DNA from: Geotalea daltonii FRC-32
Lineage (GTDB): Bacteria > Desulfobacterota > Desulfuromonadia > Geobacterales > Geobacteraceae
Assembly: GCF_000022265.1 (NCBI RefSeq)
Contig: NC_011979.1
Span: 2,910,001 to 2,942,000 of the forward strand
DNA: 32,000 bases
Direction: 5' to 3'
How positions within the stretch are numbered: the first letter of the stretch is position 1; every line of letters starts with the position of its first letter. A program made the translations under genes and the position numbers. The notes beneath the pieces were generated by a model. It saw only the letters and a list, made by a program, of their open reading frames with translations. It did no database searches and was not told the origin of the DNA. Positions 7,790 through 16,096 of this stretch are shown here, piece by piece.

Positions 7790-8968
7790 ATGCACCTTCT
7801 AACGTTAACCATCTTGGTCCTTATTTACCTGTTGCTTCCATTTCAGTGTCTGGCTGATGTGAAGGACGATCTGCAAGGTATTAACAGGGAAATCAACCAG
7901 AAAAAATCCCTCCTTAACAAGACGAAAAAGGTTGAGACAAAGGTTTCGGGTGAATTGCAACAGATCGAGAAAAACCTTCAGGAAAAAGAGACCAATCTTC
8001 TGTCTCTCGGACGTGATCTCCGTGGCGTGGAGAATAATCTGGGCCGTATCAAAGGGCAGATAGAATCGGTGGAAGCGGAAGCTTTTCGGAAAAAACAGCA
8101 GATCAACAGTCGGATTTCCGCCCTATACAAAGCAGGCGATGCCGGAAATATTCGCATATTCTTTTCTTCCGGCTCCTTTTCACAGATGATGGAAAACCTG
8201 CGTTACATGAAGGCGGTTCTGGAGAATGACAGAAAACTTTTTACCGATTACCAGGCTAAAATGGAACAACTGAGACTGCTGAAAACGGAGCTTGAGCACG
8301 ATCAGGCGAACAAAGAAAGAATCCGAAGCAAAATGGAGGCGAAGAGACTTGAGATTGCAGAGGAGAAAAAGATAAAGACCGGCCTGCTTCTTAAAGTCAG
8401 AGAAGACAAACAGGGTTACATTGTCTCTTTAAAAAAACTGCAGGCCAATGCAAAAAGGCTGCAATCAATGGTTGAAAGGCTTGAAGCAAGGAGTAGAAAG
8501 GGTTATACTGTTCGAAAAAACAAGGCGGTAACTGGTGCAGAACGTTACGTCTCCATTCCCGATAAGGGTTTGGGCGCACAAAAGGGTAAATTGTCATTAC
8601 CGGTAAAAGGCAGTGTTACAGCCCAGTTCGGCAGACACAAACATCCCCAGTTCAACTCCTATACCGTTAACAACGGCATATCCATCAATGCTCCCGTCGG
8701 CACGCAGATACATGCCATTTATGATGGGCAGGTCATATTTGCCGATTACTTCAAGGGGTACGGAAATATGATCATTGTCGATCACGGTGGTGGATTCTTC
8801 AGCCTCTACGCGCACGCATCGTCCATCAACAAGAGAGTGGGCGCTACCGTGGCCAAAAACGACGTTGTGGCCAGTGTCGGAGATTCGGATTCAAGCAATG
8901 GGTCGATGCTGTATTTTGAAATACGATATCAGGGGAAGCCGGTTGATCCTTCCCCGTGGTTCAGGTAA
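7790..8968 (+). CDS. EnvC-like murein hydrolase activator (coiled coil + degenerate LytM/M23 domain)
   Basis: 392 aa. Signal peptide, long coiled coil, C-terminal M23 fold (GNMIIVDHGGGFFSLYAHASS...). The catalytic HxxxD and HxH motifs are replaced (NNGISI; SMLYFE), as in non-catalytic EnvC. Starts 4 nt after ftsX. Confidence 0.8.
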   Translation: MHLLTLTILVLIYLLLPFQCLADVKDDLQGINREINQKKSLLNKTKKVETKVSGELQQIEKNLQEKETNLLSLGRDLRGVENNLGRIKGQIESVEAEAFRKKQQINSRISALYKAGDAGNIRIFFSSGSFSQMMENLRYMKAVLENDRKLFTDYQAKMEQLRLLKTELEHDQANKERIRSKMEAKRLEIAEEKKIKTGLLLKVREDKQGYIVSLKKLQANAKRLQSMVERLEARSRKGYTVRKNKAVTGAERYVSIPDKGLGAQKGKLSLPVKGSVTAQFGRHKHPQFNSYTVNNGISINAPVGTQIHAIYDGQVIFADYFKGYGNMIIVDHGGGFFSLYAHASSINKRVGATVAKNDVVASVGDSDSSNGSMLYFEIRYQGKPVDPSPWFR

Positions 8969-9027
8969 AAGCAGGGCGAGTTGCATGAAGCTAATCAGAA
9001 ATATAAACAATAGTTGCGGGAGGAAAG

Positions 9028-10359
9028 ATGTTGAAAAGCGGTAAGAGCAGGAAAATGCTGACCATTGCCACAGTTGTCACCATTGTGGTGGTATTCTTTG
9101 GCATAGGAATTCAGCGTCGCTGTGCAGCTCAAGGAGGAAACGACTATGAATCCATCGAGCTCTTCACGGATGTCCTTTCCATAGTCAAGAAAAGTTATGT
9201 GGAAGATGTGGACACGAAAAAGCTCATCTATGGAGCTATCAATGGCATGCTGTCATCTCTGGATCCCCATAGTTCCTTCATGCCTCCTGATACTTATAAA
9301 GAGATGAAGATCGATACCAAAGGCTCCTTCGGTGGACTGGGGATCGAGATAACCATCAAGGACGGCATCTTGACCGTAATTTCGCCTATTGAAGACACCC
9401 CGGCATTCAAAGCGGGAATCAAGGCCGGCGATCAGATCCTGAAGATCGACGACAAGTTCACCAAGGACCTGACCATAACGGATGCGGTCAAACGCATGAG
9501 AGGACCCAAGGGAACAAAGGTTACCATTTCCATCTTCCGGGAGGGGCTCGACAAGCCGAAAGATTTCACCCTTGAGCGCGACATAATTCAGGTTAAAAGC
9601 GTCAAGTTCAAGACCCTGGATGACGGCTATGGATATGTGAGAATCTCCCAGTTCCAGGAAAAAACAGATGACGACCTGGAGAAAGCGCTGAAGACCTTGC
9701 GTGAGGAAAACGGCGGGAACCTGCGTGGCCTGGTTCTTGACTTGCGCAACGACCCGGGCGGCCTTCTGGACCAGGCGGTCAAAGTGTCCGAACATTTTAT
9801 TGATGAAGGCAAGCTGATAGTCTACACGGAAGGGCGTGAAAAGGACTCGAAGATGAGGTTCACCTCCCGGAAGGGGGGTAAGGAGCAGAACTATCCAATC
9901 GTGGTGCTGATCAACAGCGGCAGTGCGAGCGCTTCAGAAATTGTTGCAGGGGCATTGCAGGACCATAAACGGGCAGTGGTAATGGGCACTCAGAGCTTCG
10001 GCAAAGGATCGGTACAGACTATAATTCCCCTTTCAGACAACTCAGGGCTCAGGCTCACCACGGCCAGATATTTCACTCCGAGCGGCCGCTCCATCCAAGC
10101 CAAAGGAATAACTCCCGACATCGTTGCAGAGCGGATCGAACTTTCTGCAGTGGAAAAGAAAGAGGGCATGCACATCAGGGAAAAAGATCTTGATAATCAT
10201 TTCGAGGTCGAAAGCAAGGAAGCGACCGAAGATAAAAAACCCATGAAGATATCTACCAATAAAATGGACGAACAGATGAAATCCGATTCCCAATTGTTGA
10301 GAGCACTTGATTTACTCAAAGGATGGGACATACTAAAATTGATGAATAAATCTTCATGA
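9028..10359 (+). CDS. ctpA: Carboxyl-terminal processing protease (S41 family, PDZ domain)
   Basis: 443 aa. N-terminal TM/signal, PDZ (GGLGIEITIKDGILTVISPIEDTPAFKAGIKAGDQILKID), S41 catalytic region (LVLDLRNDPGGLL, NSGSASASEIVAGALQD, SFGKGSVQT). RBS GGGAGGA upstream. Confidence 0.9.
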   Translation: MLKSGKSRKMLTIATVVTIVVVFFGIGIQRRCAAQGGNDYESIELFTDVLSIVKKSYVEDVDTKKLIYGAINGMLSSLDPHSSFMPPDTYKEMKIDTKGSFGGLGIEITIKDGILTVISPIEDTPAFKAGIKAGDQILKIDDKFTKDLTITDAVKRMRGPKGTKVTISIFREGLDKPKDFTLERDIIQVKSVKFKTLDDGYGYVRISQFQEKTDDDLEKALKTLREENGGNLRGLVLDLRNDPGGLLDQAVKVSEHFIDEGKLIVYTEGREKDSKMRFTSRKGGKEQNYPIVVLINSGSASASEIVAGALQDHKRAVVMGTQSFGKGSVQTIIPLSDNSGLRLTTARYFTPSGRSIQAKGITPDIVAERIELSAVEKKEGMHIREKDLDNHFEVESKEATEDKKPMKISTNKMDEQMKSDSQLLRALDLLKGWDILKLMNKSS

Positions 10360-10367
10360 CAATATCG

Positions 10368-10390
10368 GCTGGAGGGTATTCCCCTCCAGC
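10368..10390 (+). terminator. Hairpin after ctpA (weak terminator candidate, no T-tract)
   Basis: GCTGGAGGG-TATTC-CCCTCCAGC: 9-bp perfect stem, 5-nt loop, 9 nt after the ctpA stop. No downstream U-run. Confidence 0.3.
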
Positions 10391-10438
10391 AGGAGGCATT
10401 ACAACATTCCAGTTAAAATACGATTGAAAGGAGTAATT

Positions 10439-11302
10439 ATGCGAAAAAAAGCACTAGTTTTTCTCCTTCTGGGTGTCTTTCTGGCTGTTGTTCTTTCAGC
10501 TTGCGGTGGGGGTGGGGGCGATGCTTCCGCTCCTACCCCTACTCCCGCTCCAACCCCAAGTCCTAGCCCTAGTCCCAGCCCCAGTCCCAGTCCTAGTCCC
10601 AGTCCTAGTCCTAGTCCTAGTCCTAGCCCCGGTCCTGCTGTAACTGCTTCCAAAGGTATCGGCCTTGCGAACAATGCCGACACTATTACCATAACAACCA
10701 CCTTTACGGGAACTGTTCCGGCGGATGGTACAGTTGTCAATTTCTCGGTCACTCCTGCGACTGCAATACTGGGAAACACTACTGCAACTACGACTAACGG
10801 TGTTGCAACGACAACAGTCAAATCTGCAACGGCCGGAGCAGTTGTGATTACTGCTGTCTCTGGCGCCGCAACGGCTAACACTACTGTTAAATTTATAGCC
10901 CAACCGACCGCCATGGATGTTTTCATTGCTTTAAACCCAGCTGTAAGCGGGCTGGCAAGTCTGCAATTTTCTCTGGTCAACGGTTCAGGAGCAACTTTCA
11001 GCTCTGGTTCCGAGAGTGCCGTCAATGGGGCGACAGGGTCCCTTATTGTTGCCAACCAGGCTTCCGGCAGTGACACCACGGTGATTGCCCTGATCAGCGC
11101 CGCCGGTTTCAATACCGGGACTACGCCCATCATCAAACTTTCCTATGGTATAACTTCGGGTCTGCCGGGCATGCAGGTGAGTTCTTCAGGGATTTCGGCG
11201 ACCAGGCTGGCCAATCCAGCTGATCCGTTGAGTGGTGTGCCCTTGGCTCTTACTCCGCAGAATTTCGTAGTCACCATCAAATATAACACAGACACGTTTT
11301 GA
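10439..11302 (+). CDS. Surface lipoprotein with (S/T/A-P) linker and bacterial Ig-like (Big_1-type) domain
   Basis: The ORF opens at TTG 10424, but ATG 10439 follows RBS AAAGGAG. MRKKALVFLLLGVFLAVVLSAC is a lipoprotein signal with lipobox. Then G-rich, TPTPAPTP(SP)12 linker. The Big_1-like segment is ADTITITTTFTGTVPADGTVVNFSV...TTNGVATTTVKSATAGAVVITAV. The C-terminal ~150 aa beta-rich region has unknown fold. Confidence 0.7.
   Translation: MRKKALVFLLLGVFLAVVLSACGGGGGDASAPTPTPAPTPSPSPSPSPSPSPSPSPSPSPSPSPGPAVTASKGIGLANNADTITITTTFTGTVPADGTVVNFSVTPATAILGNTTATTTNGVATTTVKSATAGAVVITAVSGAATANTTVKFIAQPTAMDVFIALNPAVSGLASLQFSLVNGSGATFSSGSESAVNGATGSLIVANQASGSDTTVIALISAAGFNTGTTPIIKLSYGITSGLPGMQVSSSGISATRLANPADPLSGVPLALTPQNFVVTIKYNTDTF
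10559..10630 (+). repeat. Hexanucleotide AGY-CCN microsatellite-like tract encoding (Ser-Pro)12
   Basis: 12 consecutive AGT/AGC + CCT/CCC codon pairs, read directly, preceded by TPTPAPTP. This tract explains the artefactual (GL)n ORFs on the opposite strand. Confidence 0.95.
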
Positions 11303-11307
11303 AACTG

Positions 11308-11335
11308 ACTGAAGGGGCCTTTTCGCCCCTTCAGT
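11308..11335 (+). terminator. Intergenic hairpin between lipoprotein gene and cohesin/dockerin gene (attenuator or weak terminator)
   Basis: ACTGAAGGGGC-CTTTTC-GCCCCTTCAGT: 11-bp perfect stem, 6-nt loop, 6 nt after the stop at 11302. No clear U-tract. Confidence 0.35.
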
Positions 11336-11354
11336 ATTAAAGGAGAAGCTTTAC

Positions 11355-12674
11355 ATGAAATTATTTGATTCTGTAGTGATGTTTATGCTTAGTCTCTTTT
11401 TCGCTGCATCCGCTTTCGCCGCTGCAAATGTGTCAATGGTCTCAGATGACGGCAAATCATGGACTCTGCAGGCAAGCGATTTCGAAAACATTAGCGGAAT
11501 TGATCTCACCATCACCTACGACCCTTCCATCCTCAGCAATCCCAATGTCACGCAGGGCTCCTTTGTTGCCGGCTCAATGATGGTTCCTAATGCTGATGTC
11601 GCAGGAGTTGTTCGTATCGGGATTGTTACAGCCAAGCCCCTGACCGGCTCCGGGCCGATAGCTACAGTGACTTTTCAACGTAAGGCCAGCGGTTCAGCCA
11701 AGCTCAAGCTTGCAGCGAAAATTGTCAACAAAGATCTTGCTCCTACACCGGTAATTCCCGTGAGCCCCACGGATTCAGAGGCAGAAGCTACCGATACTTC
11801 TTCAGGCAGAAAAGCCAACCAGCAAGTACAGACGCCTCAACAATCTGGAAATCAGTCACAATCTAACGGCTCATCCACAGTTGTAGTTGGAGGTCATGTC
11901 ACCCTGCCGTCCGACATGACAGCGTCAACCGAGGAGAAAAAAGCTCAGCAGACAACGCCCGAATACAGGGAAGAGCAGCAACGCGAAGCACCTTCCGTTC
12001 ACAGACCAACGTCTGCACCTGAGGCTAAGCAGGAGGCGGAGGCAAAAGCATCTGCGCTCAAGATCGAGCCACCAGAGAATATCCTTGGTCGGTTCAACGG
12101 ATACAAGGGGGAGATGACAAGCAAGGCTTTGATCCAGTTGTTCGCCGTGGATGAAAAGGCCACAGTTAAACAGGACCCGCCCATACTTTTGGCTGATGGC
12201 AAGGCAAATCTCAAATTAACCGTACGAAACCCGCAAGGTAAACATGCTCCCAATTTTGCACTGAAGAAGGCCAAGCTGGTGAGTCTGAAGGTAGCTTCCA
12301 ACAACACCTGGGTTGTGGTGGCCAAGCCTGAAAAAGGGGTATATGACGCATCCATAACCATGCTTGTTGATGATACCGCAGTTGAAATGCCCTTGACTGT
12401 TGCGCCAAAGGTAGACATTGACCTTGACAAATCCGGGAAGATCGATGACAACGACTTCAAGATCTTCCTTAAGGACCGCGGCAGCAACAAAGCGCCTAAA
12501 CATGACCTGGATAAGGATGGTCGCCGTAACCATATTGATGATTATATATTTACCGCCAACTTTCTCGTGCTCAATCAAATAGCAAACGAAAAACCAATGG
12601 CAGGCAAGGTTCCGGTGGAAACCAAACAGAAGTCTGATACTGTCCGGGGGAGCAGTAAACCCCAGGCAAAATAA
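11355..12674 (+). CDS. Secreted protein with N-terminal cohesin-like module, low-complexity linker, Ig-like middle domain and C-terminal dockerin-like module
   Basis: 439 aa. Signal peptide (..FFAASAFA|AANV). Cohesin-like aa ~24-125. Q/S/E-rich linker. Beta-rich domain aa ~240-350. Two EF-hand-like Ca-binding repeats near the C-terminus. RBS AAGGAGAAG upstream. Confidence 0.7.
   Translation: MKLFDSVVMFMLSLFFAASAFAAANVSMVSDDGKSWTLQASDFENISGIDLTITYDPSILSNPNVTQGSFVAGSMMVPNADVAGVVRIGIVTAKPLTGSGPIATVTFQRKASGSAKLKLAAKIVNKDLAPTPVIPVSPTDSEAEATDTSSGRKANQQVQTPQQSGNQSQSNGSSTVVVGGHVTLPSDMTASTEEKKAQQTTPEYREEQQREAPSVHRPTSAPEAKQEAEAKASALKIEPPENILGRFNGYKGEMTSKALIQLFAVDEKATVKQDPPILLADGKANLKLTVRNPQGKHAPNFALKKAKLVSLKVASNNTWVVVAKPEKGVYDASITMLVDDTAVEMPLTVAPKVDIDLDKSGKIDDNDFKIFLKDRGSNKAPKHDLDKDGRRNHIDDYIFTANFLVLNQIANEKPMAGKVPVETKQKSDTVRGSSKPQAK
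11424..11729 (+). other. Cohesin-like module
   Basis: NVSMVSDDGKSWTLQASDFENISGIDLTITYDPSILSNPNVTQGSFV....GSGPIATVTFQRKASGSAKLKL shares the xxGxxLxxxYDPxxL and GSGxxAxxTF motifs with the secretin C-terminal module (4779-5186). Confidence 0.55.
12414..12575 (+). other. Dockerin-like module (duplicated Ca-binding loop-helix)
   Basis: DIDLDKSGKIDDNDFKIFL and HDLDKDGRRNHIDDYIFTANFLV form two DxDxDG/SG-type loops, each followed by an amphipathic helix. The spacing resembles type I dockerin repeats. Confidence 0.55.
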
Positions 12675-12708
12675 AAATTTATCTTTTATATGAAAGAAGT
12701 GCCTTTTT

Positions 12709-12745
12709 AAGGTCGGCTTGTTTTTCCGAAAGCCGGCCTTTTTTG
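12709..12745 (+). terminator. Rho-independent terminator after the cohesin/dockerin gene
   Basis: AAGGTCGGCTT / AAGCCGGCCTT: 11-bp stem (one G-U pair), ~10-nt loop, followed by TTTTTT. Confidence 0.75.
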
Positions 12746-12768
12746 TCCATTGGACAACATTTCAATAA

Positions 12769-12797
12769 TTGACAAAACAGCTTAAAAATTGTATACA
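12769..12797 (+). promoter_or_regulatory. Putative sigma70-type promoter of acnB
   Basis: TTGACA (12769-12774), 17-nt spacer, TATACA (12792-12797), ~95 nt upstream of the acnB start. The -10 lies inside the shared TTGTATACAGTATG motif. Confidence 0.45.
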
Positions 12798-12802
12798 GTA
12801 TG
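12789..12802. promoter_or_regulatory. Candidate operator, TCA-motif copy A (TTGTATACAGTATG)
   Basis: Exact 14-mer also present at 25352-25365 upstream of korD. One mismatch pattern to the perfect palindrome at 21805-21825 upstream of icd. Confidence 0.5.
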
Positions 12803-12893
12803 CCATTTGATCGTCGGCATCTGCAGTGTTCTTAAGAGTTTCTACGTATTGTCTGTAAAAAAGACGACAATAAAATAACCGGAGGATTGAAAA

Positions 12894-15437
12894 ATGATCG
12901 AAGCCTATCTGGCCCATGAAGCCGAACGTAAAGCGCAAGGCATTCCTGCGTTGCCGCTGAATCCTGAGCAGACAACAGGGTTGTGCAAGTTGCTGGAAAA
13001 CCCGCCCGCAGGCAAGGAAGAATTTCTCCTCAACCTCCTGAAAGAGCGTGTTTCTCCTGGTGTTGATCCTGCAGCAGAAGTTAAAGCGGCCTTTCTGGCA
13101 GAGATTGTCAAAGGTTCCAAGAAATCCCCGCTGGTGAGCCGCAAGGAAGCAGTGCAGATACTGGGTACCATGATGGGTGGGTACAACGTCACTCCTCTCA
13201 TCGAAGCCCTTGGCGATGCAGAGCTTGCTGACGTAGCCGCAACTGCTCTCTCGGGCATGACTCTCGTTTACGACGGCTTTGACAAGGTGGTTGCACTTTC
13301 CAAATCCAATGCTGCGGCCAAAAAAGTACTCGAGTCCTGGGCCAATGCGGAGTGGTTCACCAAGCGTCCGGGGGTTCCCGAGACCATAAAGGTCAAGGTT
13401 TTCAAGGTGGAAGGGGAGATCAATACCGACGACTTTTCTCCTGCCGGTGATGCCTGGAGCCGTCCCGATATCCCGCTCCATGCTCTGGCAATGGGCAAGA
13501 CCCGCTTTCCGAACCGCCTTAAGGACATCGCCGCATGGCGTGCTGCCGGCAATCAGGTAGCCTTCATCGGCGACGTCGTCGGTACCGGTTCTTCCCGTAA
13601 ATCCGCCTGTAACTCCGTCCTTTGGCACATCGGTAACGATATTCCTGCTGTCCCCAATAAGAAGACCGGCGGTGTCATCATCGGCGGCGTCATCGCTCCG
13701 ATTTTTTTCAATACCGCCCAGGATTCCGGGGCACTGCCTCTGAAAGCAGATGTAACCAAGATGAATGACGGTGACGTCATAACCATAAACACCAAAAAAG
13801 GTGAGATTTCAAACGAGAAGGGTGAAGTTATCTCCACCTTCAAAATTGCACCCAATACCCTGGCTGATGAATTCCGTGCCGGTGGTCGCATTCCTCTGAT
13901 CATCGGTCGTGCTGTTACCGATAAAGCCCGTGCCGCCCTCGGCCTTGGCGCTACCGATATCTTTACCCTTCCTGTTAATCCCGAGCCCAAGGCTGGCCAG
14001 GGCTACTCCCTGGCACAGAAGATGGTTGGCAAGGCCTGTGGCGTTACCGGAGTTCTTCCGGGAACAGCCTGCGAGCCAAAGATGACAACGGTCGGCTCCC
14101 AGGACACAACCGGACCTATGACCGCCGACGAACTGAAGGAACTAGCCTGTCTCAAGTTCCTCTCACCCATGTTCATGCAGTCTTTCTGTCACACTGCCGC
14201 CTATCCCAAGCCTGCTGACGTTAAGATGCACAAGAACCTGCCCAATTTCATCACCGACCGCTGCGGCGTGCCCCTCAAGCCGGGCGACGGGGTCATCCAT
14301 TCCTGGCTGAACCGCCTGCTTCTTCCTGATACTGTCGGTACCGGCGGTGATTCACATACCCGTTTCCCGATCGGCATCAGTTTCCCGGCCGGTTCCGGTC
14401 TGGTGGCATTTGCCGGCGCCATGGGCTTCATGCCGCTTGATATGCCAGAGTCTGTGCTGGTGCGGTTCAAGGGCAAGCTGAACCCAGGCATAACCCTGCG
14501 CGATGCGGTCAATGCCATTCCCTACTGGGCCATAAAGCAGGGCAAACTCACTGTGCCGAAGAAAAACAAGATCAATATCTTCAATGGCCGTATTCTTGAG
14601 ATGGAAGGTTTGCCTGAATTGACCGTTGAACAAGCTTTCGAGCTTACTGATGCTGCTGCCGAAAGAAGCGCCGCGGCAGGCTGCATCCAGCTCTCCAAAG
14701 AGTCTGTTGCAACCTATCTCCGTTCCAACGTGGCACTGATGAAAAAGATGATCAAGGATGGCTATCAGGACGCAAAGACGCTGCAGAACCGGATTGATGC
14801 TGTCAATGCCTGGTTGGCCAAGCCCGAGCTGCTTGAAGCTGACAAAAATGCCGTTGAGACCGGTGCCTATGCCGATGTAATCGAGATCGATCTGGCCCAG
14901 ATCACCGAGCCGATCCTGGCTTGCCCCAATGATCCCGATGATGTCAAGCTTCTCTCCGAAGTGGCTGGTACGCCGATTCAGGATGTGTTCCTCGGTTCCT
15001 GTATGACCAACATCGGTCATTTCCGTGCAGCTGCTGAGATATGGCGCGGACTGAAGTTTAACCCCAATGTTCGTACCTGGATCTGTCCTCCTACCCGGAT
15101 GGATCAAGCTCAGCTCAAAGACGAAGCTTACTTCTCGGTCTACAGCGCCTTTGGCGCCCGGATTGAGATAGCCGGCTGTTCCCTCTGCATGGGTAACCAG
15201 GCTCGCGTTCCCGATGGAGTCAATATGTTCTCCACCTCGACACGCAATTTCGATGACAGGATCGGGGATGGCGCCAAGGTATTCCTGGGCTCCGCCGAAC
15301 TTGGTGCGGTAGCTGCCACAATGGGTAAACTGCCTACCGTTGCAGAGTTCATGGCTGCCTACAAGGAAAAGGTTGAGCCTAAGAAAGATGTAATTTACAA
15401 GTACCTGCAGTTTGATGAGATGCCTGAATACAAATAG
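12894..15437 (+). CDS. acnB: Aconitate hydratase 2 / 2-methylisocitrate dehydratase (AcnB type)
   Basis: 847 aa. AcnB-specific N-terminal HEAT-like domain ([27 protein letters not shown]...), swivel domain before the catalytic domains, Fe-S ligand contexts (..SFCHTAAYP.., ..GSCMTN.., ..[12 protein letters not shown]..). RBS GGAGGA. Confidence 0.95.
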   Translation: MIEAYLAHEAERKAQGIPALPLNPEQTTGLCKLLENPPAGKEEFLLNLLKERVSPGVDPAAEVKAAFLAEIVKGSKKSPLVSRKEAVQILGTMMGGYNVTPLIEALGDAELADVAATALSGMTLVYDGFDKVVALSKSNAAAKKVLESWANAEWFTKRPGVPETIKVKVFKVEGEINTDDFSPAGDAWSRPDIPLHALAMGKTRFPNRLKDIAAWRAAGNQVAFIGDVVGTGSSRKSACNSVLWHIGNDIPAVPNKKTGGVIIGGVIAPIFFNTAQDSGALPLKADVTKMNDGDVITINTKKGEISNEKGEVISTFKIAPNTLADEFRAGGRIPLIIGRAVTDKARAALGLGATDIFTLPVNPEPKAGQGYSLAQKMVGKACGVTGVLPGTACEPKMTTVGSQDTTGPMTADELKELACLKFLSPMFMQSFCHTAAYPKPADVKMHKNLPNFITDRCGVPLKPGDGVIHSWLNRLLLPDTVGTGGDSHTRFPIGISFPAGSGLVAFAGAMGFMPLDMPESVLVRFKGKLNPGITLRDAVNAIPYWAIKQGKLTVPKKNKINIFNGRILEMEGLPELTVEQAFELTDAAAERSAAAGCIQLSKESVATYLRSNVALMKKMIKDGYQDAKTLQNRIDAVNAWLAKPELLEADKNAVETGAYADVIEIDLAQITEPILACPNDPDDVKLLSEVAGTPIQDVFLGSCMTNIGHFRAAAEIWRGLKFNPNVRTWICPPTRMDQAQLKDEAYFSVYSAFGARIEIAGCSLCMGNQARVPDGVNMFSTSTRNFDDRIGDGAKVFLGSAELGAVAATMGKLPTVAEFMAAYKEKVEPKKDVIYKYLQFDEMPEYK

Positions 15438-15458
15438 TCACTCTGCATAATAAGCCAC

Positions 15459-15498
15459 AAAAAACCCTTCGCCTGAATTTCGGTCGAAGGGTTTTTTT
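15459..15498 (+). terminator. Rho-independent terminator after acnB
   Basis: AAAAAACCCTTCG-(13-nt loop)-CGAAGGGTTTTTTT: GC-rich stem flanked by an A-tract and a T7 run. Confidence 0.8.
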
Positions 15499-15586
15499 GT
15501 AGGTGTTGCGAGTGGTTCGGAAGAAATGTCAACTGAGTAAAGGGTGCTATAATAATGATAAACAAATAATGTAGAGGAGGATTGAA

Positions 15587-16078
15587 ATGCTTTCTGATAC
15601 CTATCGTATTTCCATTAATGCTCAAGCGGACACTGTCTGGAACTTGCTGCCAAGCTTGCTGGAGAGGCCAGATATGTATATTCACAAAATAGATTCGATG
15701 AAAACGATCGAAAAATCCCAGGATATCCTTGTCCGGGAGATGTCGTGGCGAGGAACGCTGTTCAGGGAAACGGCAACCTTTGACTCAAACAGCAGGAGTA
15801 TCAGGCATGTGTTGCAGGAACATCCCCTTTACCAGGGAAGGTATGGCACCAGTATCGTGCCGACTTCTGTTCAGAACCCCATGTCACCTGTGGAACTTCA
15901 GATTTACCTGGAGCTGGAGCGAAGATCGTTCAAGGTAGAAAGAATGGTGCAGACTGAAGCAGAGCTGGCTGCAGACATAGAAAAGGTGCTGAAGTCTTTA
16001 AAAGTAATGGCTGAGGAACGGGAACATGAACTGGAGGGTAGGGGGCAACACCTCAGCGAGGGTGTGACACATCGTTGA
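15587..16078 (+). CDS. Hypothetical protein, possibly SRPBCC (START/Bet v1-like) fold
   Basis: 163-aa ORF with a strong RBS (GGAGGATTGAAATG, the same RBS-start context as acnB). The N-terminus YRISINAQADTVWNLLPSLLERPDMY resembles SRPBCC-family openings. No firm family call is possible by eye. Confidence 0.45.
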   Translation: MLSDTYRISINAQADTVWNLLPSLLERPDMYIHKIDSMKTIEKSQDILVREMSWRGTLFRETATFDSNSRSIRHVLQEHPLYQGRYGTSIVPTSVQNPMSPVELQIYLELERRSFKVERMVQTEAELAADIEKVLKSLKVMAEEREHELEGRGQHLSEGVTHR

Positions 16079-16096
16079 GGTGTTGTTTTGTTTGTT
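16046..16096 (+). terminator. Terminator hairpin overlapping the stop of ORF 15587-16078, in the convergent gap with pilT
   Basis: CAACACCTCAGCGA (16046-16059) pairs with TCGTTGAGGTGTTG (16072-16085): 14 bp with one mismatch, followed by TTTTGTTTGTT. The stop TGA at 16076-16078 lies in the 3' arm. Confidence 0.6.

Noticed and set aside
8775-9044. 89-aa ORF bridging the envC-like 3' end and the ctpA start.
   Set aside because: It overlaps the conserved M23 domain coding frame, has no RBS, and does not look like protein-coding sequence.
10360-10438. Looked for c-di-GMP (GEMM) or other riboswitches in the leaders of the lipoprotein, cohesin, acnB and HD-GYP genes.
   Set aside because: The leaders are short or lack the conserved GEMM helices and GNRA-receptor features, and I recognised nothing else. 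An Infernal/Rfam scan would be the decisive test.
10399-11136. 245-aa minus-strand ORF containing a (GL)n repeat, and 10496-10903 containing (RT)n/(GT)n.
   Set aside because: These are mirror images of the (SP)12 tract and the T/A/V-rich Big-domain coding sequence on the + strand. The + strand ORF has a lipoprotein signal and an RBS.
12762-13628. 288-aa minus-strand ORF overlapping the acnB promoter and 5' region. Similar long antisense ORFs occur at 14352-15107, 20135-21001, 22636-23262, 9253-9795 and 2781-3377.
   Set aside because: All lie antisense to strongly supported conserved genes (acnB, aspS, icd, ctpA, secretin). They have no recognisable motifs or RBS and have Arg/Gly/Pro/Cys-skewed or otherwise unnatural composition. 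They are typical shadow ORFs.
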